DNA of 28,898 nt from Candidatus Hermodarchaeum yapensis (GTDB lineage Archaea; Asgardarchaeota; Hermodarchaeia; Hermodarchaeales; Hermodarchaeaceae), in NCBI GenBank assembly GCA_016840405.1, contig JAEOSK010000033.1:1-28898 (forward strand). Reading direction: 5' to 3'. Below, piece after piece: positions 20,414 through 28,406 of this stretch. The position numbers were made by a program, and so were the translations under genes. Below the pieces are notes generated by a model, which made no database searches, was not told the DNA's origin, and saw only the letters and a program-made list of their open reading frames with translations. The first letter of the stretch is position 1. The number at the start of each line of letters is the position of its first letter.

Positions 20414-20540
20414 TAAGAAAATTAACCTGCAAAAATTGCCACCCACTCGTGCATACCCGCAAAGACTAAAGAAGGCGTTCTTGCGGGCGATAACCAGAAA
20501 AGTTTTCCAAGGGTTTTCTCGGGCGATAACCAAAAAAGGC
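20414..20540 (+). repeat. Dispersed repeat, copy 2 (about 125 bp)
   Basis: Colinear with copy 1. Core CCCGCAAAGACTAAAGAAGGCGTT at 20456-20479. CGGGCGATAACCA occurs twice (20484 and 20520), 36 bp apart. Confidence 0.9.
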
Positions 20541-20691
20541 GCCTTGGATGCCTATAGAACATGAACTTACTGGATTCGCACTCCTCCAAGCCATTAAGCA
20601 TTACTTGGACCCACACAACATCATGAACCCCAGAAAACTAGGTTTTGGAACCAGCAATCCCGAATCAGACCAAAAACGAGCAACTATTTAA
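20533..20691 (+). pseudogene. 3'-terminal fragment of an FAD-linked oxidase (GlcD/D-lactate dehydrogenase-like) gene
   Basis: Translates as KKAPWMPIEHELTGFALLQAIKHYLDPHNIMNPRKLGF, matching the family C-terminal signature K..LDP.NI(L/M)NP(G)K. Confidence 0.7.
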
Positions 20692-20725
20692 GAACGAATC
20701 TCACAAACATACACAGAGGATTTCA

Positions 20726-22411
20726 ATGAGACAGAATGGTTTCATATCAATCCTCCTTCTCAGTTTATTCATCACCCTTTCATTGATCGGACCTCTATTA
20801 GATGCCACAACTCCATTAACCGGTCAGAATGATATTGCAATTGGACAATCCTACACATCATTACAATCGGTTCTTTCTTTAGGGTCTCCATCGCCAATGT
20901 GGGATAGAGCACTTGGAAAAGACGATGGATGGGCTGAATCCTGGGAAATAATTCAACTTCAGTCGGGATATCTCTGTTTGGCGGGCACCTTTGCAGATGC
21001 AGCTGATTCTCCTAACGGCAATAACCCATATTTCGGTGTTTTCTATATGCCACCTGATAGTACAAACTTTGCAGCCTACGAAGGAGGTAGTTGGGGGGAT
21101 TCTGTGCTCTGCGAAGCACATTCAGTTGTCCAAACCGATGAGGGCTACATTGCACTGGCTGGTGTGGCTGACTGGTATGATTACAAAAACAAAGCATACA
21201 TGGAAATCTTCTATAACGGTTCAATGACTCCAGATACATGGTATAATGGATCTGTTTCCGAAGCGGCTTGGTCCATTATCGAACACTATCCCAAAGGTTT
21301 AGTTCTCGCAGGAGTAACAGAGAGCTTTGGTGCTGGAGGGAAAGATGTCTGGTTACTCCATACCGACCCCGATAGGTTTTGCACCGGCTCTTTTGGGAAT
21401 CGCACAGGTCTCTTATGGAATAATACCTATGGCGGTTCAGGGGATGATGAAGGACGTTGCGTCGTCAAATGCTCCACGGGGGGATTTGCCATCATTGGGT
21501 TTACTGACAGTTTTGGTTGGGGTGGCACCGACGGGTGGCTAATCCGTACTGATGCTGACGGAAATCATCTCTGGAATCGAATGTTTGGTACAATCAAGGA
21601 TGACGAATTATACTCCATCATTGAATGCCAATCTGGTGGGTACGCCATGATTGGCACTTCTCGCTATGCTCAGGATCCGGATATGTGGTCGACAATGTGG
21701 GTTCTTCGAATAAGTGCACTAGGATCAGTCCGCTGGCAGCACTTCTTTGGAGTACCCGACAGTTACTGTCGGGGCTATGACATTGTAGAACTTGACGATG
21801 GAACCTTTGCCTTAGCAGGATCAATCCAACAAGGCGCGTTTGACATGTGGTTAGTCCGCCTAGCCCAAGATGGAACTCCCTTAACGTTTCAAACATTTGG
21901 TGGTTCAAGTGATGATGAAGCTCGCTCCATCACAACAGTAGACTCTGGTGGGGTGGCACTGGCCGGCTATACTCAGAGTTATGGGGACGGTTACCGTGAT
22001 GTCTGGGTGGTTCGTGTTCCCGAAGATTACCCACCTACATGGGAATCCCCCCCCAGTAACCAGACTATCCTTTTTGATACCAGCTTTAATTACACGCTGA
22101 AAGTGACGGACCAATCAGAGATTGACCAGTGGTGGATCAGTAACACGGCGGAGTTTACCATTTCAGATGATGGTACTATCTCTAACCGAACTAGTCTTGG
22201 TGTGGGGACCTACCCCTTACTTATCCGAGTAAATGATATTTGGGGAAACAACGTGTCTGCAGTCTTTCATGTTCATGTTGTCCTGCCGGATCCTACACTA
22301 CCGATTCTCCCTCCCATGTGGCCATCCTTCATTTTTGCGTTAGTCATCGTGCTAGTTCTCGCCGCTCCCTTTCTCGTCTACTCTCATCTCAAGAAGCATG
22401 AAACGAAATGA
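20726..22411 (+). CDS. Cell-surface protein: signal peptide, beta-propeller repeats, Ig/cadherin-like domain and C-terminal TM anchor
   Basis: Blades of the form 'WN.T(Y/F)GG..DD....GG(F/Y)A..G.T.S(F/Y)G.G..D.W'. An Ig-like module 'PPTW...N...VND.WGN'. A Pro-rich linker, TM helix and basic tail. ATG 20726. Confidence 0.82.
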   Translation: MRQNGFISILLLSLFITLSLIGPLLDATTPLTGQNDIAIGQSYTSLQSVLSLGSPSPMWDRALGKDDGWAESWEIIQLQSGYLCLAGTFADAADSPNGNNPYFGVFYMPPDSTNFAAYEGGSWGDSVLCEAHSVVQTDEGYIALAGVADWYDYKNKAYMEIFYNGSMTPDTWYNGSVSEAAWSIIEHYPKGLVLAGVTESFGAGGKDVWLLHTDPDRFCTGSFGNRTGLLWNNTYGGSGDDEGRCVVKCSTGGFAIIGFTDSFGWGGTDGWLIRTDADGNHLWNRMFGTIKDDELYSIIECQSGGYAMIGTSRYAQDPDMWSTMWVLRISALGSVRWQHFFGVPDSYCRGYDIVELDDGTFALAGSIQQGAFDMWLVRLAQDGTPLTFQTFGGSSDDEARSITTVDSGGVALAGYTQSYGDGYRDVWVVRVPEDYPPTWESPPSNQTILFDTSFNYTLKVTDQSEIDQWWISNTAEFTISDDGTISNRTSLGVGTYPLLIRVNDIWGNNVSAVFHVHVVLPDPTLPILPPMWPSFIFALVIVLVLAAPFLVYSHLKKHETK

Positions 22412-22508
22412 TATTCGCTGAGAGGTAAGGATTAAGTCCTCCAGTGACTACCTGGCTGTTTTGAGAATCACGAGAGTCTATCCAAGAATACCATTAGGGA
22501 GTCTCTCC

Positions 22509-22559
22509 GCAAAATTTGTTTAATGCCAATGCAATCCCGCAAAGACTAAAGAAGGCGTT
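22509..22559 (+). repeat. Dispersed repeat, copy 3 (partial), directly upstream of vps4
   Basis: GCAAAATTTG...CCCGCAAAGACTAAAGAAGGCGTT. The 24-bp core (22536-22559) is identical to copy 2. Confidence 0.88.
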
Positions 22560-22601
22560 TTGTGGACTAGAGATAAAGTGTCTATTACAGGTTGATGGGA
22601 A

Positions 22602-23759
22602 TTGACCAGCGCAGCCATGTTCCAACTTGCAGAAAATAAAGCCAAAGAGGCTCTGACATTAGATCAGCAAGGAAAACGGTCTGCAGCAATGTCTAAGTAC
22701 ATTGAGGCCGCGGATATCCTCGTGCGTGTTCTAAAGGTGTCAAAGAATCCGCAGTTGCGGCGAATTGCCTTGGAAAGAGCTGATCAGTATGTGGCCCGAG
22801 CAAAGACCCTTCGGAGTGGTCGATTGCCAGCTAGAGGTCCTACTCCGGATTTTGAGGGTGTTGAGCTTGAGGATCAAGAGGATAAGGAGCTGCAAGACGA
22901 CATCGAAAGCATGATTATCAAGGAAAAACCGGATGTCAAGTGGGAGGATGTAGCAAATCTGGACGAGGCAAAACAGGCACTCCGTGAGTCAGTCATTTTG
23001 CCCATGTTACGACCTGATTTATTCACGGGCGCACGACGACCCTGGAAGGGTGTCTTATTATTTGGACCTCCTGGATGCGGAAAAACGCTCATTGCCAAAG
23101 CGGTCGCGAATGAAGCGGGATGCACATTCTTCAATGCAGATGCCGCTTCGATTGTTTCAAAATGGTTGGGTGAGTCTGAGCGCTTAGTCAAGAACCTGTT
23201 TGGATCCGCGCGGAAAGAGCAACCCGCCATTGTGTTTATGGATGAAGTAGATGCCCTCACAGGTGAGCGGGGCTCAGATCAGGTGGGGGGCGAGCGCCGG
23301 TTGAAAACCCAATTCCTTATTGAAATGGATGGGATGAAGAGTCGAAAGGGCGACCACATTGTGGTGTTAGGGGCAACCAACCGTCCGTGGGACTTGGATG
23401 CAGCGTTTCGTCGTCGATTCGAACGACGGATTATGGTTCCGATGCCCGAATTTGAAGCGCGAGTGAGAATTTTTGAGATACATACGAAGGGTATTGATCT
23501 TGCTCCGGATGTGGACTTCAATTCACTTGGTGAAAAAACAAAGGGATATGCTGGTTCCGATATCGCGTTGATATGTCGTGAGGCATCGCTTCAGCCAATT
23601 CGGGAATTAGATGCTTCGGGAGCAATTCGTGATAAGGAGATTCAAGCGCGTTCTGTTCAATTATCGGATTTTCTGGAAAGTTTGAGAAATATCCGGTCAG
23701 TGGTTTCACCAGACGAGTTGGCGCGGTATCTTGAATGGGATAGTAAACATGGTTCGTAG
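22602..23759 (+). CDS. vps4: Vps4 AAA+ ATPase (MIT + AAA)
   Basis: N-terminal MIT helices, Walker A GPPGCGKT, pore loop SKWLGESE, Walker B IVFMDE, and ATNRPWDLD.AFRRRFERR. Confidence 0.95.
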   Translation: MTSAAMFQLAENKAKEALTLDQQGKRSAAMSKYIEAADILVRVLKVSKNPQLRRIALERADQYVARAKTLRSGRLPARGPTPDFEGVELEDQEDKELQDDIESMIIKEKPDVKWEDVANLDEAKQALRESVILPMLRPDLFTGARRPWKGVLLFGPPGCGKTLIAKAVANEAGCTFFNADAASIVSKWLGESERLVKNLFGSARKEQPAIVFMDEVDALTGERGSDQVGGERRLKTQFLIEMDGMKSRKGDHIVVLGATNRPWDLDAAFRRRFERRIMVPMPEFEARVRIFEIHTKGIDLAPDVDFNSLGEKTKGYAGSDIALICREASLQPIRELDASGAIRDKEIQARSVQLSDFLESLRNIRSVVSPDELARYLEWDSKHGS

Positions 23760-24498
23760 GGGATTGATTGTGTCGAAGGAGAAGGCCAGGGAGCGTTCGA
23801 AAGAAAAGGAGCGGGATGAGCTCCGTGCAGATGTGTCGCTCACGGAAGAGGACTGGTTGGACCTTCTGAAGAAAACACGGGAACATGCAGAGAGTTTAGC
23901 TGAATCAGATGAGACGGCTGTTCTCGTGATGCCTATCACTGAGGAAGAAGAAAAAAAGCTCGAGGAACTAGCACGCAAAGCTGTCGAAAAGCTGAGTCGC
24001 CGATTTGTATGGATTGCCAAACGGGGTCGGTATGGGTTCATGTTTGTGATTCCTACTTCCGAGGAGGAAAAGGACCAATGGGGGGCAGAATGGGCAGGAT
24101 TTACCATTGATTGGTGTCGAGAAATGTTAATGCACATTGTCTCAACCCGGACACTAGTGATGTTCGATCCTTTCAATGAGATCCGTCCTGATCGCCATCA
24201 AGCCGTCAAAATTATTCTTGGTGTGTTAGTAAAAGAAGAGTTGGGACGTTGGGTTGATGAAGCGGAGGGCATCATTCGCATTACTTGGAAAACTGATGAT
24301 GAATGGGCGGATGAAATCCGTCGATGGGCGTTAAAAACGGGACGAACCACGTTTACCCTCTTTAAGCTTCAGGAATACCGGAAGGATTTGGCAACGCTTC
24401 CTAAATCTGAGCTCCGTTATATTTTACAACGTTTAGTGGAAAAGAAACAGGCTAAATGGTTGGATAGCGAACGAGAAGTTGTCGAGATTCAAGTATAA
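23749..24498 (+). CDS. vps25: ESCRT-II Vps25-like winged-helix protein with a charged N-terminal extension
   Basis: 'QWGAEWAGFTIDWC', 'ITWKT.DEWADEIRRWA..TG..TFTLF.L', and 'ILQRLVEKKQA'. It overlaps the vps4 stop. GTG 23770 is an alternative start. Confidence 0.8.
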   Translation: MVRRGLIVSKEKARERSKEKERDELRADVSLTEEDWLDLLKKTREHAESLAESDETAVLVMPITEEEEKKLEELARKAVEKLSRRFVWIAKRGRYGFMFVIPTSEEEKDQWGAEWAGFTIDWCREMLMHIVSTRTLVMFDPFNEIRPDRHQAVKIILGVLVKEELGRWVDEAEGIIRITWKTDDEWADEIRRWALKTGRTTFTLFKLQEYRKDLATLPKSELRYILQRLVEKKQAKWLDSEREVVEIQV

Positions 24499-24517
24499 CT
24501 GATCTGTTGTTAGTGGT

Positions 24518-25252
24518 TTAATCTGAGGGATTAAGTCCGGGGAAGAAGTAACGAGTGCCGTGAACGTAGGATTTGTCGATCTTCGCCGCACCCACGGATT
24601 CTAGACTTTTGAGGGCCGCATCAGCACGTTCACGATTCCATCCTGTTTTGGTCATTAAATCTTCAAGTGTGGTATATCCAGTGCGGCTGGCCATCGAGAG
24701 AATGGCAACTTGGTCATTGGTGAGTTCACGTGGAACGAGTTCAACGATTCGGATCCCTGAGGGTAATTTCCGTATACCAGGTATCAATTTGGCATTGGCA
24801 AGATTTTGAATGGCTTTGGCTATGTTGACTTGGGACACGCTCGTTTGGCGTTGCTTATTCACTAATAGGACGATTTCAGCAAGAGTCATAATACCCCCAG
24901 TGGCATCACGACGCCGTTTGGCGATATCGAGTATTTGTAAGCCTAGTTCATCGTAGAAACGCCCCCGTCCGGTAAGTCGTTCTACAAGCCCGGGTTTCTC
25001 TTTCATGTCTTCAGAGAAGGGAATTCCGGGGAGGGTTATGCCAAGTTCATGTGCTATGGCAGCTGCTTTTTCGCTATATTCGGGAGTGACTTCCAAGACT
25101 TCTCCGTAGGTTTTTTCAAAGGAGTCGGCTTTATCCTGTAGCTGTGAGATGGCTTGAAGCATGTGTTCAAGCTCTTTGAGCATAAGCTCGACACGTTTCT
25201 TCTTGTAAGCCGCATCCATTTCCATTTGCTTTTCAATTTCCCATAGACCCAT
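24518..25252 (-). CDS. vps22: ESCRT-II Vps22/Vps36 (EAP30) family protein
   Basis: MGL.., 'FYDELGLQILDI...TGGIMTL.E', 'ELTNDQVAIL', 'GWNRERA..AL', and 'YFFPGL'. GAGGAGG RBS before ATG 25252. Confidence 0.9.
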   Translation of the reverse strand: MGLWEIEKQMEMDAAYKKKRVELMLKELEHMLQAISQLQDKADSFEKTYGEVLEVTPEYSEKAAAIAHELGITLPGIPFSEDMKEKPGLVERLTGRGRFYDELGLQILDIAKRRRDATGGIMTLAEIVLLVNKQRQTSVSQVNIAKAIQNLANAKLIPGIRKLPSGIRIVELVPRELTNDQVAILSMASRTGYTTLEDLMTKTGWNRERADAALKSLESVGAAKIDKSYVHGTRYFFPGLNPSD

Positions 25253-25266
25253 GCAGGTGTTCCTCC

Positions 25267-25560
25267 TCATATTTGTCGCATGTAATTGAGCCAAGTTTCT
25301 GCTCGCATGGCAAACCGTCGCGCTTCTAATTCCTCCACATGTTGAGATAGATTAGTTCCGTATTTTGCCCAGAAATATTCGTACCATTCTTGGGCTTCAA
25401 GGGTGACGGAATGATTCGGACCAAGCATAGCTTCCGAGAAAGCCACAACCACGTCTAAATCTTCCAAGATGTATTCAGCGTTAATGCGCAGATTAGCTTT
25501 ATTGATAGCATTCACCAACCGTTCGCGCATTTCTGCAAATGAACGCATGGGATGTGCCAT
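25267..25560 (-). CDS. Hypothetical helical protein inside the ESCRT-I/II operon
   Basis: 97 aa, tightly packed (19- and 14-nt gaps) between vps28 and vps22/36, with GAGG upstream. Confidence 0.7.
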   Translation of the reverse strand: MAHPMRSFAEMRERLVNAINKANLRINAEYILEDLDVVVAFSEAMLGPNHSVTLEAQEWYEYFWAKYGTNLSQHVEELEARRFAMRAETWLNYMRQI

Positions 25561-25579
25561 CAGCGATCTGCCTCAACAT

Positions 25580-26227
25580 CTATTCATCGACCGCCATTTC
25601 TCGGAGCCGGCGCTTGAAGTCATTCAACCATCGGACGGTCTGGAATTCTAATTGTTTGGCCTCCTCTGGAGTGAGAGTATCGTTGGGATCTCGTTGTTGA
25701 AGTTGATTGCGCCAATCTTTCATTGCCACAAGGATCCAATAATCGGGAGGGAAGTTTGGATACTTAGTCAAGAGAATGATGGCATCATCAAGAAGAGGTA
25801 CAATAAGGCTCATCCGAGCCACATCACCGAGTTTGGCGATATCGATTAATGTGATAAGATCGGAGACAATGTCGGCTGTTTTAGCAGCCATTCTGGCGGA
25901 AGTCTGAGCTACTAATTCAACCTTTTGTTCACCTTCGGGAGCACGCTCCACGATTTGGAGCTTTTTAACAGCAGTAGGAAACCGTTCAGCAATTTTTTCT
26001 TCGTCGACAAACGTTTCCCAGCTTTCACCTTCAGCTTCAAGTAACTGTCGCGCTTTGACCGTGTCGCTGACAAGAGACTTTAGCTGACGCTTATACAAGG
26101 CCGGTTGAATATCTCCATCCTCAAATTTTTCTGCAATGCTGTCGAGTGTGGCAATCGTTCCAAAAACTTCAGCTTCTAGTTCAACGACCTTTGCTTTTTT
26201 TGGTCGTTTTCGCTCGCGTACTGCCAT
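25580..26227 (-). CDS. vps28: ESCRT-I Vps28
   Basis: N-terminal 'AEVFGTIATLDSIAEKFEDGDI...Y' and C-terminal bundle 'ITLIDIAKLG...PLL.D...W...L...D.LT.EEAKQL.F'. GAGGAG RBS. Confidence 0.9.
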   Translation of the reverse strand: MAVRERKRPKKAKVVELEAEVFGTIATLDSIAEKFEDGDIQPALYKRQLKSLVSDTVKARQLLEAEGESWETFVDEEKIAERFPTAVKKLQIVERAPEGEQKVELVAQTSARMAAKTADIVSDLITLIDIAKLGDVARMSLIVPLLDDAIILLTKYPNFPPDYWILVAMKDWRNQLQQRDPNDTLTPEEAKQLEFQTVRWLNDFKRRLREMAVDE

Positions 26228-26247
26228 TGAAATCTCCTCAGTCTGGA

Positions 26248-27015
26248 CTATTTGTATTTCTCGAGAGCCTTGTCAATTTGATAGAGCCGTCGTTTATACC
26301 GTTTGTATAACTTGGTGTACTCGGTTGAATTAATCTCAGCAGAGTCAAATTTCTGCTCAAGATTCTGTAATAAATCTTCAATTGCCAGTTTTTCGCTTTC
26401 TAGCTCTAACCGTTCCCGTTCCTTTGCATCCGTTGGCATGATTAGGGCATCAAGCTCTTCTTCGTCCGTTACTTCACCGGCGGTGATAGAGCCAGTGTCA
26501 ATCTGAGCAGCCATTCGAGCAATACGTTCATCGCGATCCTGAACTTTCTTTGACAATCTCGCGACTTCACGTTCCAACTGTTGATATCGCTGTTGGAGAA
26601 CTTCCTCCTCCTGAGGCATCTTCACCTTTGGCGCCTCGCGTGTCTTATCAGCCACAGGAGGTTCTCGGGCAAAAAGCCCCTTGATACTATTTACCACTTG
26701 GTAGACATGATAGTGAGGTTGCCACTGGGTGACGATGCGTAGATGAATAGCTCCTGACTCTGAATCAACTCGCGGATGCTTTGTAGGCATCAACATTCGA
26801 GCCACAGGTGGTTGAGCTGGAAAGTTTGGAGGCACAATAATCTCGACAAGGAACTCATCTTTACTTCGTGGTCCACCTTTGATTTTTCCTCTCCATCGGC
26901 GAAGATTCTGACCAACTGGAGTAAAGGTAGGTGCTCGCCGGTACATCAATTGTGCTTCACGAGCAATCGATAATTCTTGTTGACTTCGCATAGCCTGTGC
27001 CATAGTATACACCAT
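26248..27015 (-). CDS. vps23: ESCRT-I Vps23/TSG101-like protein (UEV + coiled coil + steadiness box)
   Basis: E2-like fold 'P.NFP.QPP...HPRVD..SGAIHL...W.P' with no catalytic Cys, a central coiled coil, and a C-terminal 'AIEDLL..L......I....Y.K'. Confidence 0.88.
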   Translation of the reverse strand: MVYTMAQAMRSQQELSIAREAQLMYRRAPTFTPVGQNLRRWRGKIKGGPRSKDEFLVEIIVPPNFPAQPPVARMLMPTKHPRVDSESGAIHLRIVTQWQPHYHVYQVVNSIKGLFAREPPVADKTREAPKVKMPQEEEVLQQRYQQLEREVARLSKKVQDRDERIARMAAQIDTGSITAGEVTDEEELDALIMPTDAKERERLELESEKLAIEDLLQNLEQKFDSAEINSTEYTKLYKRYKRRLYQIDKALEKYK

Positions 27016-27087
27016 CTTATCGTTATTCGAATCCTGCTAGTGAGAGCGGGCATTTAATCTTTGGCAACTAGAGTCCTGTACAGACTG

Positions 27088-27627
27088 TCATGTTGAAGTA
27101 GCCTTAGTTTTTCGCTTGGGGGCAACTTTTTCTTTCGTTGGAGTGCTTTCAACCGCCTGTTTAACCGTCACAAGGATATTGCTTTGGAGTTCTCGAAGAA
27201 ATTCTTCAAATCGTGTTTCAAACAAAGTAATCATTTCTTCTATCCGTTGAACGGCCTGTGTAAGAGTTGGTAAAAGCTCTTTTTGCAATTCAGCAAGAGA
27301 GGCATCCGATGTCTTGGCTGGTTTTTGTTTAGCTATTTTGTCCATCGATTTTTCTAAGGCTTCAAATTGGGAGGATAGAACACCCAGCCGTTCAACTGAA
27401 GATTCTGAAGCAATAGTGTCGTCAGCAACTAGCTTTTGTAGCGTTTTTACCTCACGTAGAAGTGCGCGAATATTAGCCTCCATTTTCAGATTCATCCGTC
27501 CCAGATCTGCATCTAATAAATTCAAGCCTTTCACAATTCGTTTAAGGGACTCAACGGTTGGAACTAGCCCTTTTGGTGTTTTAATGGCTTCAATTTCAAT
27601 AGCGTATTTAGGTGGTTCAGAGGACAC
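27088..27627 (-). CDS. Coiled-coil hypothetical protein upstream of vps23
   Basis: 179 aa with a heptad pattern and a basic low-complexity tail; non-ATG start. Confidence 0.7.
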   Translation of the reverse strand: MSSEPPKYAIEIEAIKTPKGLVPTVESLKRIVKGLNLLDADLGRMNLKMEANIRALLREVKTLQKLVADDTIASESSVERLGVLSSQFEALEKSMDKIAKQKPAKTSDASLAELQKELLPTLTQAVQRIEEMITLFETRFEEFLRELQSNILVTVKQAVESTPTKEKVAPKRKTKATST

Positions 27628-27828
27628 AGTAAGGATAACCCCCGAAGCTCTCGTTCAAGCTTATGCACCGCATGCTTTTAAGCTTTGATTTCTCTGCTTC
27701 AAAGTAATTGATTTGTTATCGATTTTGCGGCAAACCAGCCAATTTATTTTTTAATAGTCTGATTTCCAAAGTTTTTTATTATCGCACCTAGAAGAAGAGC
27801 CCGAGCGGAACTGACTAAGGGGCTGACT

Positions 27829-28077
27829 ATGACACAACCACCAGAGCGGTTTGTAATTCCATCGGTGACCGAAATCGGTCAATGGGATTGGACCGCGACT
27901 GCTAAATGTGTCGTCTGCGGCCTTCTTGTCCGCGAAGGACAACAATTAGTCTATTGTCCTAAGTGTGGCAACCCTGCCCATTATGCACATCTTGCAGAAT
28001 GGGTGAAAGTCAAAGGAACCTGCCCTATCTGTCGGAACCGTATAAACCTACGAAGGTTGAAACCGGTTAGAAAATAA
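27829..28077 (+). CDS. Stand-alone RING-finger protein (putative E3 ligase)
   Basis: CVVC-x11-CPKC-x3-HxxH-x3-W-x6-CPICR. Confidence 0.85.
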   Translation: MTQPPERFVIPSVTEIGQWDWTATAKCVVCGLLVREGQQLVYCPKCGNPAHYAHLAEWVKVKGTCPICRNRINLRRLKPVRK

Positions 28078-28092
28078 TCGGATGGTGAAAAT

Positions 28093-28329
28093 ATGCGAAT
28101 TGAAGTCGTTCCAGCGATTGGTGGTAGTGATCCAATTGCACTCGAAGTGGAGCCAAACACGACTATTGGAGAAGTCCGAAATCGCGTTGCACAAATGCGC
28201 CGTATACCGCCCAACATTGTCATTCTAGCATACCGCGGTGCACAACTGACCGATGAACAGACCGTCAAGAGTGTTGGCATCACCCCCCATGACAAGCTGT
28301 ACTTAATTACCCGCACCGAGGGCGGCTAG
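28093..28329 (+). CDS. Ubiquitin-like modifier
   Basis: 78-aa beta-grasp pattern (LEVEP.TTI..V, L.YRG.QL.D..T....GI) ending in TRTEGG*. GGTGA RBS. Confidence 0.93.
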   Translation: MRIEVVPAIGGSDPIALEVEPNTTIGEVRNRVAQMRRIPPNIVILAYRGAQLTDEQTVKSVGITPHDKLYLITRTEGG

Positions 28330-28370
28330 AGTCTGTTAACCAACTCGGTTTCAATCTCAGTTGCCCCTCG

Positions 28371-28383
28371 ATTTCTTCTTTTT
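28371..28383 (+). terminator. Putative oligo-T terminator of the RING-ubiquitin transcript
   Basis: ATTTCTTCTTTTT about 40 nt after the ubiquitin stop. Confidence 0.4.
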
Positions 28384-28406
28384 CAGCTACACGTAAGAAG
28401 TTTGGT

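Noticed and set aside
20422-20616. 64-aa minus-strand ORF with a duplicated LFWLSP
   Set aside because: This is a by-product of the 36-bp-spaced DNA boxes in repeat copy 2.
18166-22559. CRISPR array
   Set aside because: The repeats are about 2.1-2.3 kb apart with whole genes between them, and there are no cas genes.
523-28316. Many short antisense or alternate-frame ORFs nested in assigned genes
   Set aside because: They are shadows of well-supported genes and have no independent motifs.
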